NCBI GenBank assembly: GCA_027339965.1
Contig: DAHWNL010000034.1
Coordinates: 1 to 64,000 of the forward strand
Direction: 5' to 3'
Source of the DNA: Granulicella sp.
Lineage (GTDB): Bacteria > Acidobacteriota > Terriglobia > Terriglobales > Acidobacteriaceae
Length of the DNA stretch: 64,000 nucleotides
Part shown: positions 22,550-32,275 of the stretch, in pieces
Layout of the letters: each line of letters opens with the position of its first letter
Numbering within the stretch: the stretch's first letter is position 1
Notes under the pieces: model-generated
What the model was told of the DNA's origin: nothing
Databases searched by the model: none
What the model saw: the letters and a program-made list of their open reading frames with translations, nothing else
Made by a program: the position numbers and the translations under genes

Positions 22550-25273
22550 TTGCGCCCCCATCTGGCCACGCTGGTTGACGATCTCCGCCGCAATCGAGCG
22601 CAGACAGCCATCGTGCGCTATCGTGGGATTCGCCGCCATACCACCACCTACGCAGAGTTGGCCACCCTCTCGGGTCGATTCTCCGCCGAACTGGCTCGCC
22701 GCGACATCGCGCCCGGCGAACGCGTCGTCCTATGGGGTCAAAATTCCGCCGAGTGGGTAGGGTGCTTTTTTGGCTGCCTGCTGCGCGGTGTCCTGGCCGT
22801 CCCGCTGGACGCTGCCGGTTCAGCAGAGTTCGCCGCTCGCGTGATCGCCGACGTCAGCCCCAGACTGATCCTCGCAGACCAAGATCATCTGCCTTTGCTT
22901 CCAGCCGCCACCCCGCATCTCTCCTTAGACGATCTCGGCGCGCATCTCCCCGCCGAAACCTTGTTCAACGTCGACCCGGCCGTTCAGCTCGACACCCCCT
23001 TTCAGATCGTCTTCACCTCCGGAACCACCGCCGCGCCGAAAGGCATTGTTCATACTCATCACAACATTCTGGCTAGCCTCGATCCCATCGAGCGCGAGAT
23101 GCAAAAATACCTTCGCTACGAGCGCCTGTTCCACCCTCTGCGCTTCCTTCACACTCTTCCGCTCAGCCACGTCTTTGGGCAGTTCATGGGTCTCTGGATA
23201 CCGCCTCTGCTAGCCGCCGAAGTCCACTTCGATGCTCAGCTCGAACCGGCGCGAATGCTCGACCGCATCCGCATGAACCGCATTTCGGTGCTGCTTGCCG
23301 TGCCTCGTTCCATGGAACTGCTCCGCTCTCATCTGAAGATTCTCTTCCCAGAACTCGATGCCCAGATCGAGACCTTTGCTGACTTGCCCATCTACAGACG
23401 AATGCTTCACTTCCGGCGCGTGCATCGCTTTACCGGCTGGAAGTTCTGGGCGTTGATCTCCGGCGGAGCGGCGCTCCCCCCAGATCTGGAACTCTTCTGG
23501 GCAAGGCTCGGATACGCTGTAATCCAAGGCTACGGCATGACCGAAACCGCCGCGCTCATCACCCTCAACCATCCCTTTCACGTGGGCCGGGGAACCCTGG
23601 GCAAACCGCTGCCCGGCCGCGAGGTGCAGATCAGCCCCGAAGGTGAAATCATGGTGCGCGGCGATGTTGTCGCCGGCTCCTCCTGGGTGAACGGACGGCT
23701 CGAGCCTCGCTCCTCGGAGTGGCTCGCGACTGGCGATCTGGCCGTCCGCGAAGCCTCCGGCGAACTTCGCTTCGCAGGCCGCCGCAGTGAGGTGATCGTC
23801 ACCTCCGCTGGTCTCAACATCCACCCGGCGGATTTGGAGGCCGCACTGCTTCAACAACCCGGCGTGCGCGCAGCCGTAGTGGTCAAACTTGAGGGACCTA
23901 ACGGTCCGGAACCAGTCGCTGTGGTGCTGGCTGACGGTGATTCGGCTGACCTTCGCCATACGCTCCAGGAGGCAAATCGTCACCTCGCTGACTTCCAGCA
24001 AATGCGTCACGTCTTGCGCTGGCCAGACCCCAGCCTTCCCTTCACCTCTACCGGCAAGCTCTTGCGCCGCGTGGTGGCTGAATGGGCCAGTGAGCAGATC
24101 TCCGCCAGCGCCAGTCAGCCTGCGCCCATCCGTGGTGATGTCCTACTAGAGATGATCGCCTCCATCAGCGGAGAGCCGCCCGTTTCAACAGACGATTCCG
24201 CTCGCATCGCCGAGGATCTGCACCTGGACAGTCTGGGCCGCGTGCAGCTTCAGTCCATGTTGGAGCAACGCTTCAGAATCCAACTGGAAGACGAGCAGAT
24301 CGCCCGAGCCACCACCCTTGGCAACCTTCGTTCCCTTGCCGGAGCCCATGCGCTTCCACCTCTACGGCACTCCACAGAGGATCCAGATCTGCCGGCGACT
24401 CCAGATGCAGCCGCATGCGCAACTTCACACACAACCCTTGCAGCAACAGCGGCTGCCGTTCCGAATGCGTCCCCGGCCACGCTGCCCAACTCACAACCTG
24501 CCGTTAAAGTACCCGCGCCGTCGTCGGTTCCTCTCCCCCACCGCTATCCGCGCTGGACCTGGCTCTGGCCCATCAACGCGCTCCGCATCGCCTTCCTGGA
24601 GGCCGTCGTCCGGCCGCTGGTCTGGTTCCTGGTTGCTCCACGGGTAGAACTCGCCTCCACCGTTGCGGCCCAACCCCGGCAGCCGTTGCTGGTGGTCTGC
24701 AACCACATGACAACCTACGATGTGCCCTTGCTGCTGTACGCGCTACCCGCACCGTTGCGTCGCCGAGTGGCCTGCGCCATGGCAGCGGAGATGCTGATGG
24801 ACTACCGTTGCGGCCGCGGCGCTCCAAGTGCTCTACTCAACCCGCTGCTACCGATCGCCTACTGGCTCATCACCGTTCTTTTCAACGTCTTTCCTTTACC
24901 CCGCATGGGGGGCTTCCGGCGCAGCTTCGAACACGCCGGGCAGGCTCTGGACCGCGGCTACTCAGTTATCGTCTTCCCCGAGGGCAGGCGTTCCTCCGAT
25001 GGCTCCCTGCTTCCCTTCCGCCCCGGTATTGGTCTGCTCACCCAGGAGGCCGAAGCGGCTGTCCTTCCCGTCGCCTTGGTGGGAATCGACAAGATCCTGC
25101 AGACGGATCGGCGTTGGTTCCGCTCTGGGCACATCACCATTCGCTTGGGAGAGACGATCCCCTTCGATCCTCAGGGATCCCCTGAGCAGACCACCCGCAA
25201 GCTGCGTGAAGCCATCGCCCGGTTGCTTGAATCCAGCGAAACATCAAGCGCTCCACCGAACCTTGAGCCTTGA
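22550..25273 (+). CDS. Tri-domain adenylation (AMP-binding) - acyl carrier - PlsC-type acyltransferase protein
   Basis: FTSGTTAAPKG and GYGMTE (adenylation), LHLDSLG (phosphopantetheine Ser), NHMTTYD (HX4D) and FPEGRRS (acyltransferase). Start set at TTG 22550. Confidence 0.88.
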   Translation: MRPHLATLVDDLRRNRAQTAIVRYRGIRRHTTTYAELATLSGRFSAELARRDIAPGERVVLWGQNSAEWVGCFFGCLLRGVLAVPLDAAGSAEFAARVIADVSPRLILADQDHLPLLPAATPHLSLDDLGAHLPAETLFNVDPAVQLDTPFQIVFTSGTTAAPKGIVHTHHNILASLDPIEREMQKYLRYERLFHPLRFLHTLPLSHVFGQFMGLWIPPLLAAEVHFDAQLEPARMLDRIRMNRISVLLAVPRSMELLRSHLKILFPELDAQIETFADLPIYRRMLHFRRVHRFTGWKFWALISGGAALPPDLELFWARLGYAVIQGYGMTETAALITLNHPFHVGRGTLGKPLPGREVQISPEGEIMVRGDVVAGSSWVNGRLEPRSSEWLATGDLAVREASGELRFAGRRSEVIVTSAGLNIHPADLEAALLQQPGVRAAVVVKLEGPNGPEPVAVVLADGDSADLRHTLQEANRHLADFQQMRHVLRWPDPSLPFTSTGKLLRRVVAEWASEQISASASQPAPIRGDVLLEMIASISGEPPVSTDDSARIAEDLHLDSLGRVQLQSMLEQRFRIQLEDEQIARATTLGNLRSLAGAHALPPLRHSTEDPDLPATPDAAACATSHTTLAATAAAVPNASPATLPNSQPAVKVPAPSSVPLPHRYPRWTWLWPINALRIAFLEAVVRPLVWFLVAPRVELASTVAAQPRQPLLVVCNHMTTYDVPLLLYALPAPLRRRVACAMAAEMLMDYRCGRGAPSALLNPLLPIAYWLITVLFNVFPLPRMGGFRRSFEHAGQALDRGYSVIVFPEGRRSSDGSLLPFRPGIGLLTQEAEAAVLPVALVGIDKILQTDRRWFRSGHITIRLGETIPFDPQGSPEQTTRKLREAIARLLESSETSSAPPNLEP

Positions 25274-25303
25274 ATGAACCTTGAGCCTTAAATGAAGCTT
25301 GAG
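25258..25303 (+). repeat. 18-bp tandem repeat, about 2.5 copies (GAACCTTGAGCCTTRAAT)
   Basis: Units at 25258, 25276 and a degenerate unit at 25294, spanning the stop codon. Confidence 0.75.
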
Positions 25304-25377
25304 ATGCTGACTTCCGCGCAGACCCTCCCGCACCGACAACAACGCCCTTCCGCCCCGCCATAAGCCGGAAGAGGTCT

Positions 25378-26004
25378 TCAATCGATATGCAGGCGCTCGC
25401 GGTTCTTCCAATGGGTCCAGAGAAAGTACGCCAGGCCGATCACCAGAACCGCCTCCACACTATGGTGGAAGCGATCAAAGAAAGCCTTGAAGCGTGGGTC
25501 GCTGTTCCACCTGTCGCCCAGCCGCAGCCCCATGTAGGCCAGCGCATAGCACCAGGGGAACGAGCCGATGAAGGTGTAGACATGGAAACGCACCTGGTTC
25601 ATTCGCGCGACCCCGGCGGGGAAGGCGATGAAGGTGCGAATAATCGGCAGCATTCGGCCCAATAGCACCGTGATCGATCCATAGCGGTTGAAGAACCGAT
25701 CCGCCATGTCCAGATCGCGTCTGCTCAACAGCAGGTAACGGCCGTAGCGCTCCACCATGGGCCGCCCACCCCACGCTCCCACCCAGTAAGCCGGTATGGA
25801 TCCCAGGTTGGAAGACAGCGATCCCACGGTTGCCAGCAGGATCAGCTCCATTTGGGTGTGTGCCAGCGCATAACCGGCCAGCGGCATAATCACCTCGGAC
25901 GGGATCGGAATGCAGGCAGCCTGGATGGCCATCAGCACGATCACCATGGTGTAACCGCCGCTGCTGATCAGGGCAACAAGGAGGGCAATCAGTTTTGCAG
26001 ACAT
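25378..26004 (-). CDS. DedA family membrane protein
   Basis: CIPIPSEVIMPLAG, GRMLPIIRTFIAFPAG. Confidence 0.92.
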   Translation of the reverse strand: MSAKLIALLVALISSGGYTMVIVLMAIQAACIPIPSEVIMPLAGYALAHTQMELILLATVGSLSSNLGSIPAYWVGAWGGRPMVERYGRYLLLSRRDLDMADRFFNRYGSITVLLGRMLPIIRTFIAFPAGVARMNQVRFHVYTFIGSFPWCYALAYMGLRLGDRWNSDPRFKAFFDRFHHSVEAVLVIGLAYFLWTHWKNRERLHID

Positions 26005-26089
26005 GAGCCTTCAGTATACGAAACCAGACCGCGACAAGGACGAATTCGCAACAAAGCGTGAAGCTGTCGCTCCAGAATCTGCCATAGTG

Positions 26090-26530
26090 CTATTCGCCCA
26101 GCTTTCCTCCCCTCGCTTCAGGCCCCGATCTTTTCCGGCGGCCCCCTTCGGCTTTAACCATGTTTAGTCTTACCGCAGCTCGAATCAGCTCCTGGAAAGC
26201 CCCTTCGTCGATTCTGTCCCCCGCATGAAAGTTGATGGCGCGACGGACAGCGCCCTCCAGACTGGCATTGAAAAGACCAGCCGGATCCTGCAGTTCCGCT
26301 CCGCGGGCAAAGGTCATCTTCACAACTCCTTTGTATCCTTCCGCCGTGCAGACCATCCCGGCGTGCGAGAACACGGGAGTTCCGGGCCGGTTGGCGCTTA
26401 CCCACTTCCACTCTTCCACCATCTCCGGGTCCGCCTGGTGGATCATCTGGCGCAGCTTTGCCAGCATCTCCCCACGCCAGTCCGTCAGCTCGCAGATCTT
26501 TCTATCGAAGCGCTGTGATGCGGATTCCAT
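26090..26530 (-). CDS. DUF1801 (YdhG-like) domain protein
   Basis: DWRG..LA.LR..I..ADP...EEWKW...GTPVF, DPAGLFNASLEG..RRAI. Confidence 0.8.
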   Translation of the reverse strand: MESASQRFDRKICELTDWRGEMLAKLRQMIHQADPEMVEEWKWVSANRPGTPVFSHAGMVCTAEGYKGVVKMTFARGAELQDPAGLFNASLEGAVRRAINFHAGDRIDEGAFQELIRAAVRLNMVKAEGGRRKRSGPEARGGKLGE

Positions 26531-26641
26531 CGCAATTGCCCCCTTCGCAAGGAGAGACTCACGCACCAAACCTTACGCAGCACCTGGCGAAACCGTCAAT
26601 CGTCCCTCTTGGAGACCCATCGAATTTGTTAACATGGAGGC

Positions 26642-27433
26642 ATGTCCGACGCCGTAACCCCGCACCCGACTCCGACCTCTGCAACCCCCGCGCGCCCCGA
26701 GAGCAACTCCGCTGGATCTCCCTCCACCCACGGCGGTGCGCCTGTCAAGCGCCAGATCGTCTGCTTCACCTTTTATAAGGTGATGCCGGAGTGGCGCCGT
26801 CTGCCGGCCGAGGAGAAGGCCGCTCACAAACAAGCCTTTGCCGATGTGCTCGCCCGCTGGAACAAGCCAGGCGAATTTCTCTCCCTGACTTACTCCACCC
26901 TGGGCACACGCGGCGATGTGGATATGTGCATCTGGAGCATCGGCTATGCCGTGGATGAGCTGAACCGCATGCGCTCCGAATTGACGGCGACCCCGCTGGG
27001 GGGATATCTGACCACCCCCCACAACTTCCTCGCCATGACCAAGCGCTCCCAGTACACCATCGACCGTGAAGACGAGAGCGAGGGCGAAGGACGCGGAGCC
27101 ATCCGCCCCGGCGGGCAGAAGTACAACTTCATATACCCGTTTTGGAAGACCCGGCCCTGGTATCTGCTCCCCGCGCCCGAACGCAAACGGCTTATGGATG
27201 AGCATATCCGTGTCGGGCTCCTCTATCCCCGCGTGAAGCTGAATACCACCTACTCGTTCGGTTTGGACGATCAGGAGTTCGTCGTGGCCTTTGAAACCAA
27301 CTTCCCGGAAGACTTCCTGGATCTGGTCCAGCAGTTGCGCGAGACCGAGGTCAGCTTGTACACCCTCAAAGACTTTCCACTCTTTAGCTGTGTGCGAATG
27401 AAGCCGATGGAGATGCTGGATCGTCTGGGCTGA
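26642..27433 (+). CDS. hemQ: Coproheme decarboxylase (ChdC/HemQ; chlorite-dismutase-like fold)
   Basis: YPFWKTRPWY, proximal His in MDEHIRVG, VKLNTTYSFGLDDQEF. The distal Arg of true chlorite dismutases is absent. Confidence 0.75.
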   Translation: MSDAVTPHPTPTSATPARPESNSAGSPSTHGGAPVKRQIVCFTFYKVMPEWRRLPAEEKAAHKQAFADVLARWNKPGEFLSLTYSTLGTRGDVDMCIWSIGYAVDELNRMRSELTATPLGGYLTTPHNFLAMTKRSQYTIDREDESEGEGRGAIRPGGQKYNFIYPFWKTRPWYLLPAPERKRLMDEHIRVGLLYPRVKLNTTYSFGLDDQEFVVAFETNFPEDFLDLVQQLRETEVSLYTLKDFPLFSCVRMKPMEMLDRLG

Positions 27434-27461
27434 CGCTATCACTTCCCAGGAAGATCATCGC

Positions 27462-28223
27462 TTGGCAAGAGCTCGCAAAAACGTGGGAGCCGACCAACCG
27501 GCAAGGGCCGTCCGCAAGGCTGCGCGGCCAGCCAAGGCCGTGCAAGCCAAACCACGCCACAGAGCGTCTGATCGGATCGCCGCCATTCTCGATAGGTTGG
27601 CCAGAGCCTATCCACACGCCGTCTGCGCACTTCGTCACCGTAACGCCTTCGAGTTGACCATCGCCACCATACTGTCTGCGCAGACCACGGATGTGGGCGT
27701 GAACAAGGTAACACCAGAGCTCTTTAAGAGGTTCCCCACTCCAGCAAAGCTGGCTGCAGCGCCGCTGCCGGAGCTGGAGCGGATCATCCACGCCACCGGT
27801 TTTTACCGTGCCAAAGCGAAGAACATTCAGGGCGCGGCCCGCGTTCTGGTGGAGAAATTTGGCGGGAAGGTTCCACAGACGATCGAAGATCTGACCAAGC
27901 TTCCGGGCGTGGCCCGCAAGACAGCCAACGTCGTGCTCGGAAGCTGGTTTGGAATCGCCTCCGGTATCGTCGTGGATACTCATGTTGGCCGTCTGGCGCG
28001 CCGCCTGGACCTCACGCAGGAGACAGATCCGGTAAAAGTGGAGCGAGACCTGGAGAAAGCGATCCCCAAACACCACTGGATTCAGTTCAGCCATGAACTG
28101 ATCCACCATGGCCGGCAGATCTGTGTTGCGCGCAAGCCGCGCTGCCTGGATTGCCCGCTGGAGCCTCTCTGCCACTGCGCGGATAAGACCTGGAACAGCG
28201 CGGAGGCTTGCTCGAACGCCTAG
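27462..28223 (+). CDS. nth: Endonuclease III
   Basis: ILSAQTTD, HhH LPGVARKTANVV, VDTHV, Fe-S motif C-X6-C-X2-C-X5-C. Confidence 0.95.
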   Translation: MARARKNVGADQPARAVRKAARPAKAVQAKPRHRASDRIAAILDRLARAYPHAVCALRHRNAFELTIATILSAQTTDVGVNKVTPELFKRFPTPAKLAAAPLPELERIIHATGFYRAKAKNIQGAARVLVEKFGGKVPQTIEDLTKLPGVARKTANVVLGSWFGIASGIVVDTHVGRLARRLDLTQETDPVKVERDLEKAIPKHHWIQFSHELIHHGRQICVARKPRCLDCPLEPLCHCADKTWNSAEACSNA

Positions 28224-28259
28224 TTCTGTATCGGCTCGGCAGCGATGACGACAAGCGGC

Positions 28260-28495
28260 ATCGAAATACGAGATAATTGAGCGCCTCTTCGAGCTTGTTG
28301 TCCTGCGGAAGATCGCCAGGCCGCAGGCCGCGCACGGGAATCTGCAGAACCTCCCGATCCGGGCACAAAGGCGCCTGCTGGGTGACTGTCGCAAGCTGCG
28401 CCATGGCATCCGTGACAGGGGTGACAGTCGTTTTGCCATCTGCATGCGTCACGGTGAGGCTTTCTACCTGAGCAAACTGGGTGCGGGAAGCTCGG
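28260..28495 (-). pseudogene. Fragment of a DUF3857/transglutaminase-like secreted protein
   Basis: Reads QVESLTVTHADGKTTVTP...APLCPDREVLQIPVRGLRPGD, which resembles the DUF3857 domain. No full-length frame. Confidence 0.5.
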
Positions 28496-28641
28496 TCTGC
28501 GCCCCTCCGCGCTCCTGACCGGCGCCATGCGCTCTAGCGTCCGCTGGGCCCAGGCACTTTCACCCAAAACTGCGCGGCTAAGCGATAATCAGGATGGCAT
28601 GCGCACACCTGCGCCGCCACGTCGCAAGGAGACAACTGGAA

Positions 28642-29625
28642 ATGATGAAAAAACTGGCTGGGATCCTCGTCCTGTTCTTCGCTTTCACCACCGCATCTTT
28701 CGCAGACATCGTTGTGCTGCACGATGGCCGCAGCTACTCCGGCACCTTCACTGGCGCACCCACCGGCAAACTCCTCTTCAAAGGAATGCATGGCACTCAG
28801 TACACCTTCCCCCTTGCACAGGTACAGTCCATCGTCTTCTCCAACGTCGCCGACCATATCACCCTGCGTGGCGGCCACGCCTATAGTGGCCAAGTGGTTG
28901 GCCTCTCCACCGTTCCCTTCAATGGCCAGAACGGCATCTCTTACGTCTTCCCGCTGGCTGACGTCACCACGATCATCTTCGCCGAGCAGCCATCACCGTC
29001 GGCCCCGATGGAAAATGCGTCCATGGGCCAGCCTGGCCAGCTGATGGCGAACGGCGCACCTGTGGCGAATGGCGCGGTGGCCTACGGTCCATCCGGCGCG
29101 GCCAACATGGGTAACTCCATCGTCGTACCGGCCGGCACGCAGATCGATGTCCGCACGGACGTCCCGATCGATACCACCAAGGACACCCTGGGCATGAAAT
29201 ACGATGCCACCGTCCAGAACAATGTTCGCGACAGCAGGGGAGTCATCATGGTCCCCGCCGGAACCCGCGCCAAACTTCAGGTCATTGACGCTTCGCAAGG
29301 CGGCATCCATGGCCAGGCCTACGCCGTCGACCTCTACGGGATTCTAGTCAACGGTACGCCCTACCTCGTCGATTCCAGCTCCGTCGGAGGCCAGGAAGGA
29401 GTCGGCTTGAACAAGCGGACGGCGCTGTTTGGGGGCGGTGGGCTCGCCCTCGGATCACTGCTCGGCGCAGCCTTTGGCGGTGGAACCGGCGCAGCCATCG
29501 GCGCACTCGCGGGCGGAGCCGGCGGGATCGGTACGCAGATATTCACCCACGGAAAAACCGTCAAGATTCCTGCCGAAACCATTCTTAGCTTTCAGTTGCA
29601 GCGCACCCTGGTTCTGCACCCGTAA
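28642..29625 (+). CDS. Secreted protein with two N-terminal repeats and a C-terminal glycine-zipper domain
   Basis: AAGGAG SD; signal peptide; D.I/V.L..G..YSG...Y.FPLA.V..I.F repeated twice; VPAGT motifs; GxxxG-rich zipper. Confidence 0.75.
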   Translation: MMKKLAGILVLFFAFTTASFADIVVLHDGRSYSGTFTGAPTGKLLFKGMHGTQYTFPLAQVQSIVFSNVADHITLRGGHAYSGQVVGLSTVPFNGQNGISYVFPLADVTTIIFAEQPSPSAPMENASMGQPGQLMANGAPVANGAVAYGPSGAANMGNSIVVPAGTQIDVRTDVPIDTTKDTLGMKYDATVQNNVRDSRGVIMVPAGTRAKLQVIDASQGGIHGQAYAVDLYGILVNGTPYLVDSSSVGGQEGVGLNKRTALFGGGGLALGSLLGAAFGGGTGAAIGALAGGAGGIGTQIFTHGKTVKIPAETILSFQLQRTLVLHP

Positions 29626-29638
29626 TCACCTTTCCAGA

Positions 29639-29662
29639 GCGGGCCGGTATCCTCCGGCCCGC
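29639..29662. terminator. GC hairpin between convergent genes
   Basis: GCGGGCCGG-tatcct-CCGGCCCGC, 13 nt after a stop codon. No clear U-tract. Confidence 0.4.
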
Positions 29663-29830
29663 CAAACCGATGCGTATACGTCGGCACTGCACAGTTTCCT
29701 GGGAAACTGGAATCCGATGCTTCAATCTTCCTGAGCGCAAGCTTTCGGGGTCCTCGTAAGGCTCGCCGGCCGGGACGAAATGAAAGCGTCGCAACCACCC
29801 GCGTCGGAAACCCAGCGACACAGGAACGCT

Positions 29831-31714
29831 TCAATCCAGGCTCTGCGTCCTTTTCCCATCCAGCAGCGCCGACACATTCTCGCCCACCCGGTCCACCAGT
29901 TGAGGACGCCCGGGCATCATGCCCTGGCAGTTATACAGCACCACAATCGCCCGGTCCTTCTGCGGTTGGAAGATGACCAACGACGAGTATCCTCCGGTGC
30001 CGCCATCATGGAAGTACATTTCCTCTCCGGGCCGCACCAGCCACGCCAAAGCAATCTTCACCACCCCGCCCGGATCGACATTCGCTCGCGGTTCCAAAAG
30101 CATGGAGATTGCCTCTGAAAGGGTTGTTCCCGCCCCCGTCGCTGGCCGGGCAAGTTCCGGATGCATCAGGAGGTTACAGTACGTCAGAAGGTCCGCTGCC
30201 GTGGAACGTAGCCCGCCAGCCCCGGCCAGCACATTCAGGCTCCATGGTCCGGCGAAATCGTGCGCACCCTGGTAGCCCTGAATGAACCTCTTCTCCTGCG
30301 CAGACGAAACCGTGATCACCGTGTCCTTGAGCCCCATCGGTCCAGTCACTTCTTTCCGGATCAACTCTTCATAAGGCATCCTGGCCTTCTGCGTCAGGGC
30401 AAATCCCAGCATCCCCACTCCGAGATTGCTGTACAGAAACTCCGGCTTATCCGCTCGCCCCACGCCATGTTCCCTCAGGAAGGACCGTAACTGCTGGGGA
30501 CCATAATCGGCATAGGGGTCGGCCAGCTCGCGCGGCTTCAGATTCTCCGGCAGCCGCGGCAACCCTGAATGGTGCATCGCCAGATCCAGCAAGGAGATCT
30601 CCGGCCCATCCGGCTTGGCTACCCAACCCGCGGGAAGAAGCTCTCGCACCGGTTGGTTCAGTGTCACTTTCTTTTGCGAGACCATCTGAGCCAGGGCCAG
30701 GGCCGTAAAGGTCTTGGTAATCGAGCCAATCTCGAAGATCGAATCAGTCTTCGCCGAGCCAAATGCCATCAACTCGCGCTGCCCGTGGTCCAACACCCCG
30801 ACGACGACGCCGCCCTGCGGCCACGCCTGCACAAGAGGCGCAAACTCCTGCCGAAGAACGTCGAAAAGTTCCTTTGGCGCCAGCGGAGGCCGCGCTGGAA
30901 GCATCCTTGGTTTCTGGCTCGCCTCGCCTGCCATCCGCGTCAGCTCCAACTGCAGTGGCTGGCCCTGCGACCATGTACCTGTGATGCTCTTTCCGCTTTC
31001 GTTCAGTGTGCCTTCATACACTCCATGGACGTCCGGAACCGTCAACGTCAGCTTTCTCCCCTTGATCATCACTTGCGCGCAAGCAATGCCCATGACGCCC
31101 TGGTCAATCGAGTCGAGCGCTCCGGCAATGGCTCCGCCCGGCTGTGTGTGGAAGTGGAAGACAAGCCGCAGCGTCACACTGCCAGCTCGTAGCGCACCCT
31201 CCCAGTCACCCTCCACCAGCGAAGGCTGGACTGCCGCCAACTCCCCCGCCGTCGCCGTCTGGTGGAAGACCAGCGGCATCGACTGTCCCCTCTGTTGCCA
31301 GGCGCTCGTCAGCGTCCTACCGTCCGCGGTCAACGCGCCGCGGTAGGCGCCCTGGACCACCGGCACAGCAAAATCCAGCGTTTTGCTGCTCAGCTTCACA
31401 TCCGCGCAAGGCAGACTCATCGCGCCTTGAGACGGCGAATCAAGCATGGCGCTCAGCACATCATCCGCCGAAACGCGAAGATGCAGCACCAGCGGCAACT
31501 TGCCGGCGATCTTTCCCTGCCACGTTCCCGCCAAAGCCCGCAAGGCCTGCATCCGGGTCGTCTCCGTCCGAGCTATCACCGTCTGCGGCCTCGCTGCGGA
31601 CGAGGCCAGACAACCTGCTGCAACCGCCAAAAGTCCCAATCTTTTCAAGGTGCTGGCCAGGTTTGCAGAACAACCGACGACAGCCAGTCGTCTCTTCCTG
31701 CATCGAATTCTCAT
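29831..31714 (-). CDS. Serine hydrolase (class C beta-lactamase-like) with two tandem N-terminal repeat domains
   Basis: FEIGSITK (SxxK), YSN, HDGGTGG; duplicated W.G....L.LV.H....LDS..QG domains. Start uncertain. Confidence 0.85.
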   Translation of the reverse strand: MRIRCRKRRLAVVGCSANLASTLKRLGLLAVAAGCLASSAARPQTVIARTETTRMQALRALAGTWQGKIAGKLPLVLHLRVSADDVLSAMLDSPSQGAMSLPCADVKLSSKTLDFAVPVVQGAYRGALTADGRTLTSAWQQRGQSMPLVFHQTATAGELAAVQPSLVEGDWEGALRAGSVTLRLVFHFHTQPGGAIAGALDSIDQGVMGIACAQVMIKGRKLTLTVPDVHGVYEGTLNESGKSITGTWSQGQPLQLELTRMAGEASQKPRMLPARPPLAPKELFDVLRQEFAPLVQAWPQGGVVVGVLDHGQRELMAFGSAKTDSIFEIGSITKTFTALALAQMVSQKKVTLNQPVRELLPAGWVAKPDGPEISLLDLAMHHSGLPRLPENLKPRELADPYADYGPQQLRSFLREHGVGRADKPEFLYSNLGVGMLGFALTQKARMPYEELIRKEVTGPMGLKDTVITVSSAQEKRFIQGYQGAHDFAGPWSLNVLAGAGGLRSTAADLLTYCNLLMHPELARPATGAGTTLSEAISMLLEPRANVDPGGVVKIALAWLVRPGEEMYFHDGGTGGYSSLVIFQPQKDRAIVVLYNCQGMMPGRPQLVDRVGENVSALLDGKRTQSLD

Positions 31715-31884
31715 TTTGGTCCCCTGTTTACGGCGAGTATACGCACAGGAGCCGCTGTCGACTGAGATCTCTCGCTTTCTTTTCTGAAAAGCTCTGAGGA
31801 ACCCCGAGCGAGCCAAGCCTCAGTTCTGCCCGCTGTAGGGAGGACAGGCGGACCGTGCCGCCAATCCAGGGTTTCGGCCCGCAT

Positions 31885-32140
31885 TCGTCGCGCGGATAAA
31901 GCTGTCGTCAAGCCGTTTCTGCTCTTTGCAGATTTGCTCCCGATCGCATGGCTCTCTTTGCATCTGTAGCGCCTCGGAGAGAATCTCCCGGTCCCGGTGT
32001 GCTGCCTGGTACGACTCGAGCCGGCGTTGCCGCTCTGGCTCCAGCGCCTGGAGATGCGCCATCAACCCCTGCGGCCGCTACTCGATCGCATCCTCTTCGC
32101 GACGTTCGATACTCTCACGAACTCTGAGGACTGGAGCTAG
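31885..32140 (-). pseudogene. fliJ: Relic of flagellar export protein FliJ (in-frame stop plus internal deletion)
   Basis: One frame reads LAPVLRVRESIERREEDAIE*RPQGLMAHLQALEPERQRRLESYQAAHRDREILSE...EQKRLDD. It has FliJ-like N- and C-termini in about 85 codons, with TAG at 32078-32080. Confidence 0.6.
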
Positions 32141-32275
32141 GCCAGGAGTTCCGGCGACCTGTCCGGGAAATCAAGAAACGACTCACGAGATGGAAGGGGA
32201 GATGAGGGGCAGAGACGAAAATCGGAATGCGGAAAATCAGCGGTAAGGATACGCCACTCACCGGTTGACAATGAC

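Noticed and set aside
26642..27433. Chlorite dismutase (perchlorate respiration)
   Set aside because: The distal catalytic Arg is absent and ChdC motifs are present.
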